Assembly (NCBI GenBank): GCA_016217555.1
Contig: JACRHW010000023.1
Span: forward strand, 466 to 64,465
Source: Parcubacteria group bacterium
Lineage (GTDB): Bacteria; Patescibacteriota; Minisyncoccia; UBA6257; JACRHW01
DNA: 64,000 nucleotides
Direction: 5' to 3'
The translations under genes and the position numbers were made by a program. Below the pieces are notes generated by a model. It searched no databases. It saw nothing but the letters and a program-made list of their open reading frames with translations, and was not told the origin of the DNA. This document shows, one piece after another, positions 59,935 to 64,000 of this stretch (within the stretch, counting starts at the first letter, position 1; the number at the start of each line of letters is the position of its first letter).

Positions 59935-60669
59935 CTAGTTTGGTGTTGCCGTAAGTGTAACTGTCGCTCCATAACTTCCATCAGAAATTGTAGCACCTTT
60001 ATTCTCTGCTTTATAGCGAATAGTTGTAGTGTTTCCCACTGCAGACGTTCTCGTATAAATTCTGCTTACAAGTTCCTTGGTGGCGCCCTTAAGGCCCAAA
60101 AAACATAAACCATTTGCAGTCCCACCTCCACATGTTGACCCCGTATTTTTAAAGTTGGTCATCACATCCATTCCTGTTGCAGAAAATCCGAACGCAGCAC
60201 CCGTTGCAAGTTGCCATAATTCAGGAATAGTACTTACCGCTTCGGAGTAATCATTGATCGAACTTGAACTAGAAGCAAGTGCCGGAGTACCGCTCGCATT
60301 AATTTCTAATTTGTATCCTGCAGGATTATCAGTAATTACCGTTACAGAAGTGGTACCAGAAGCGACACCGGATACTCCACTCTGCAGAGCAGGAGTAAGC
60401 GTTGTCGAACTGGCAAGAGATATAGAAATAAAAGACTCGTTGAGCTGTAAAAAACCACCGAAAGCCCTATAGCTTGCACTCTGCATAAGTCCGGGAGCAA
60501 GTTCTCCTGAAGTATCTGTTGCTCTATAATTTGTAGAACTACTAAGACCGGATGCATCATTCAAAGAGTCCTGCAAAATTTTGAAATTTTGGGAACTCAT
60601 AGTATCACCCCACACAAGTGAGGTGAGAATAAAAAAGGCAATTACACTAATGCTGGCACGTGTGATCAT
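59935..60669 (-). CDS. Secreted beta-rich protein (WxL/pilin-subunit-like)
   Basis: Signal peptide; MSSQNFKI..DS; V.TDNPAGY.L; C-terminus G.YGATVTLTAT. Confidence 0.75.
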   Translation of the reverse strand: MITRASISVIAFFILTSLVWGDTMSSQNFKILQDSLNDASGLSSSTNYRATDTSGELAPGLMQSASYRAFGGFLQLNESFISISLASSTTLTPALQSGVSGVASGTTSVTVITDNPAGYKLEINASGTPALASSSSSINDYSEAVSTIPELWQLATGAAFGFSATGMDVMTNFKNTGSTCGGGTANGLCFLGLKGATKELVSRIYTRTSAVGNTTTIRYKAENKGATISDGSYGATVTLTATPN

Positions 60670-60687
60670 AGAAGAAATGACAAAATA

Positions 60688-62949
60688 CTACGGACTAGTA
60701 CTCGATGCCGTGCTTGTAGTTTCGGAAAATAGTGTTTCTGTCTGAGTTGATGTCGCCGTTGAGTTTGATAAGACAGGCACGGAAGATGTTGATGAGGTGT
60801 TTTCGGGTGTATCAAGTTGCTCGCACGTACCTTTCATTTTTGTAATTTCTCCATTTTGGAGGGTCAGACAATAATAGTCGCCTGTAATCTTATCCTTCAT
60901 GGTTACTCCATTTTCCACCTGGATATATTTTGTACCAAGAAAGGACGTCTGAATTTTATCGAACACCCATGTCCCTGTAGCTTTAACAGTGCCGGTAAAC
61001 GAGGCAAGAGCATTCGTAAGCATTCCCGAAAAACTACCCGACGAAACACCTCCACCACCAAATACATCATCCCCAAGGTGATACCCAAGATTTGCAAAAA
61101 CAAGAATTATTTTAATCTCGCTTGATATCTCGCCTTCATAATTCTCAAGAGCGTAACCAATAATTCTCCCTGATTTCGTTGCTTTCATACCAACCCCTGC
61201 AATATCACTTGAGGTAATTGGGTCACCAATGTGTATCGATCCATTTTTAAGTGAAATTTTTGTAGGAACACGGCCAGAGAGAGCGAGAGGAACACTTTTC
61301 TCCATACTCCCCCCAAGAAGTACACCAGGTTTCTTTGAAACAATACCCAACAACTTATTATCATAAGAAACACTTGACTTACTAACCCCAAGAGATTGAT
61401 TAGAAAAACTTACAATATCTCCAGATTCTAGCGAAGCATCAGAAGCAATATAATTCTCAGCAAGATCAGCACCACCAGGAGTAAATGTTCCATCCGCATA
61501 TACATTACCATTAGTATCAACACGAAAAACTGTATTTTGAACACTTCCGACATCACTGAACGCCTGAAAAATATTTACCGCAGAGGTACTCGTCGCAAGA
61601 TATACATCAAGAGTAGAAGATGGATTTGTACTACCAATCCCCACCCTCCTTTGAGCAAAATCCCCATAGATAAGAGGCGTACTCGAATTATTCGCAATAT
61701 ATAATTTATTGGAACCGGTTTCGTTGTAGCCTGATTGATAACCAAGGAAAAGATTACCATTTCCAAGAGAAGAATAGCCCGCCTGATTACCCAATCCTAC
61801 ATTTTGTGTTCCAGTTAAATTGGAGTACAGAGAATTAAAACCCACAGAAACATTCTCTGATCCAGAAGTATTGAAACGTAAGGCAGCAGAACCCAAGGCG
61901 GTGTTATTGCCACCAAAAGTATCACTGGCAAGTGCATATCCTCCTATTGCTGTATTTATACCACCAGTGGTGTTGGTAGTAAGCGCCCCATCCCCTAAGG
62001 CGACATTGCCACTACCCGTGGTATTACTAAAAAGAGACCTCCAGCCGATACCAACATTAGAGGCACCAGTAGTGTTTGCACCCCCAACCTCGCTTCCAAC
62101 AAATATATTATGTATACCTCCACCACCAGCATTGTTTATATTGCCAGAGCTAGTACCCAAAAATAAATTCGTTGAATCATCCGAGTGCAAACGGAAAAGC
62201 TCAGAACCCGTATTCGTGAGAACTTGGATGATTGGATTTGAGTTTGATTGGGTGCTATTTGCGCGAACAATGAGTTGTGGAATATTTGCAGTTCCCTTGA
62301 CGTCGAGCGCAGCAGAAGGAGTTGAGGTGCCAATACCTAGTCGCACGTTCACTTCATCGTATGTAGAGCTTGCTCCGAAAAATATTTTCCCTTTTGTTGC
62401 GTTTGCTGTTGATTGTAACGTAAGATTTTCACCAGATGCGGTTCCACCTTGCAATGTTTGCCCACCCGATCTTCCCGCAAGAAGTGCAAATTCCGTTTCA
62501 CTTTTTCCTCCCACCTTGTTTGCATTAAACGCAAAAACAGAAGCACCAATACGCTTCCTTGGAGTCATCTCAGCATCCGAGCCAATTTGAACACCCAGAT
62601 AAAGTGGATCCTGGTTAAAATCTACAGCACCCAATGCCCCGCTACTCTCAATCAACGTACCACTTCCAATCAAAGCACTAAATAACCCATTTGCTGTGGT
62701 CGCACTTTGTTGTTCAGCGTAGAGAGCCGATCCACCGCTTGAAACACCATAAATACGAAACTTAACGGTATAGGCTGCATCCGCCACGGCAACATTATTT
62801 GTATCAGTAAGTTTTGCCTGATATGAAATAAGTGAAGTGATTGTAGCATGAGACGTAATAGGAAAGACGATAAAAGAAAAAACAACGTATCCTGATACTA
62901 CGCAGCGTAATAATAATCCCCGTATCTTTTTCACCGCAATCTTTTGCAA
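60688..62949 (-). CDS. Secreted fibre-like protein with beta-solenoid repeats and a C-terminal intramolecular-chaperone/peptidase G2-like domain
   Basis: SYQAKLTD...EMTPR N-domain; NTTGxxNxAxG repeats; GIGT.TP repeats; ADLAENY...GIVS.KPG...LSGRVP.K...GD.ITSS...GMKA. Confidence 0.8.
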   Translation of the reverse strand: MQKIAVKKIRGLLLRCVVSGYVVFSFIVFPITSHATITSLISYQAKLTDTNNVAVADAAYTVKFRIYGVSSGGSALYAEQQSATTANGLFSALIGSGTLIESSGALGAVDFNQDPLYLGVQIGSDAEMTPRKRIGASVFAFNANKVGGKSETEFALLAGRSGGQTLQGGTASGENLTLQSTANATKGKIFFGASSTYDEVNVRLGIGTSTPSAALDVKGTANIPQLIVRANSTQSNSNPIIQVLTNTGSELFRLHSDDSTNLFLGTSSGNINNAGGGGIHNIFVGSEVGGANTTGASNVGIGWRSLFSNTTGSGNVALGDGALTTNTTGGINTAIGGYALASDTFGGNNTALGSAALRFNTSGSENVSVGFNSLYSNLTGTQNVGLGNQAGYSSLGNGNLFLGYQSGYNETGSNKLYIANNSSTPLIYGDFAQRRVGIGSTNPSSTLDVYLATSTSAVNIFQAFSDVGSVQNTVFRVDTNGNVYADGTFTPGGADLAENYIASDASLESGDIVSFSNQSLGVSKSSVSYDNKLLGIVSKKPGVLLGGSMEKSVPLALSGRVPTKISLKNGSIHIGDPITSSDIAGVGMKATKSGRIIGYALENYEGEISSEIKIILVFANLGYHLGDDVFGGGGVSSGSFSGMLTNALASFTGTVKATGTWVFDKIQTSFLGTKYIQVENGVTMKDKITGDYYCLTLQNGEITKMKGTCEQLDTPENTSSTSSVPVLSNSTATSTQTETLFSETTSTASSTSP

Positions 62950-63017
62950 AAAAGTTATGTAAAAAAAGAATAAAACGAAACTATTATTAGTATATCAAAT
63001 TAAATGTTCGTAAGCAT

Positions 63018-63860
63018 CTAAGTTATCCACAAAGTACGAAATCTGATAACAAGAAAAGCTAAAACAATAGCAAGAAAGATCGCACGAAGAGGTAAGACAA
63101 AAAGATAATTGGTTTTTTGATGTTCTCCCTGAAGATCAAGGGAAACAGAGTAGACCCCCCACTGACGAATAGAGTAGGGAATTCCTATTTTTTTTTCCTC
63201 ACCAGGGAGTATATAAAAAGGCGCGACAGGAACTTCGACAGACTTACCACCAAATACGCTCTTTACCGAAATATTCCCAGACTGCTTCATGTATACGTTT
63301 CCAGAATTTTTGTACTGTATACCAAAGGCAACATCAGAACCTTCCTGCACCAAAGGCACCTCAAATTTCTTAAGCAGACCCGATGGGTGGAGTGCGTGTT
63401 GAGTGTCTATGGTCACAAAAACCTCGGTTGATACTCTACTTACCACCATCACACCACCACCGTTCCGTGTATTTTCACTTATCACGACATTGGCGTAATA
63501 CACTCCATCTCCAATTCCCCCAGGGGCTTGGATAACAAGCGAAGAAGAAATTTTCTCGTTGGGGCGTAAGGTGAAAACAGGAACTTCTACAGTAATCCAG
63601 TCATGGGCATCTGCGACACCATTACCACGACCTTCAGGAGCTACTTTAAAATCAACGGTTTCGTTACTATGATTTACAATAGTGAGAGTACTTGTCCCCA
63701 TTCGATGTTCTGTGAGATCAAAATCAAAATGAACCGGAGAAACAATAAAATCATTTCCCGCAGACAACGGAATGTGTGTAATAGTAAACGCATGCGCGTG
63801 GGGAACAATAAGCCCCACTATTAGACCTAAACTAATAAAAAAATACGTTATTAATTTCAT
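63018..63860 (-). CDS. DUF916/PapD-like secreted protein with a C-terminal TM anchor
   Basis: Signal peptide (AHA|F); VSP, N.S, W, G.YYA, NSGNV, ILPG; TM near the C-terminus. Confidence 0.72.
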   Translation of the reverse strand: MKLITYFFISLGLIVGLIVPHAHAFTITHIPLSAGNDFIVSPVHFDFDLTEHRMGTSTLTIVNHSNETVDFKVAPEGRGNGVADAHDWITVEVPVFTLRPNEKISSSLVIQAPGGIGDGVYYANVVISENTRNGGGVMVVSRVSTEVFVTIDTQHALHPSGLLKKFEVPLVQEGSDVAFGIQYKNSGNVYMKQSGNISVKSVFGGKSVEVPVAPFYILPGEEKKIGIPYSIRQWGVYSVSLDLQGEHQKTNYLFVLPLRAIFLAIVLAFLVIRFRTLWIT

Positions 63861-64000
63861 TGATGCGATTTTGGTGGTATCGTCCGTGCCTGAGATGGCG
63901 TTACCACACGCAAAGATTGAATCCTCGCCTCTATATCACTTTTCTGAAGAGGGGTAGCAAAAACCAACGCTTTCTCATAATAAGAAATACCCGCAGACGA

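Noticed and set aside
61820-62590. 256-aa plus-strand ORF
   Set aside because: Antisense shadow of the repetitive fibre gene.

Overview
AT-rich 64-kb bacterial chromosomal segment in genetic code 11. Gene content and style point to a Patescibacteria/CPR (Parcubacteria-like) genome (inference): short HrcA, mostly SD-less core genes, CPR-type pilin, Gmad2, lytic transglycosylase and Cys-bridged Ig-repeat surface proteins. Core genes: LOG, H+-PPase, lemA-htpX, tRNA-Glu, tRNA-Ser, dus, UvrD-nuclease-sufS-sufU, dsbA-grx-trxB-gap-rpiB-rpe, prfA, rplY, dnaG-rpoD-comEC, groES-groEL and hrcA-grpE-dnaK-dnaJ-rmuC, with two CIRCE operators. The most notable unexplained features are five. (1) A small GIY-YIG gene is bracketed by an inverted pair of REP-like palindromes; a third copy is inserted in frame in trxB, and a different palindrome is inserted in frame in sufS. 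(2) A ~160-nt structured element occurs twice, 48 kb apart, with extensive base-pair covariation and a clear minus-strand G-U signature. (3) Heptamer-repeat hairpins abut the start codons of four heat-shock genes. (4) An Lnt-like N-acyltransferase is divergent from two tandem giant surface proteins that each carry an internal signal-peptide-like segment. (5) A four-gene surface-appendage cluster sits at the right end. No CRISPR array, rRNA, integrase or intact transposase was seen.
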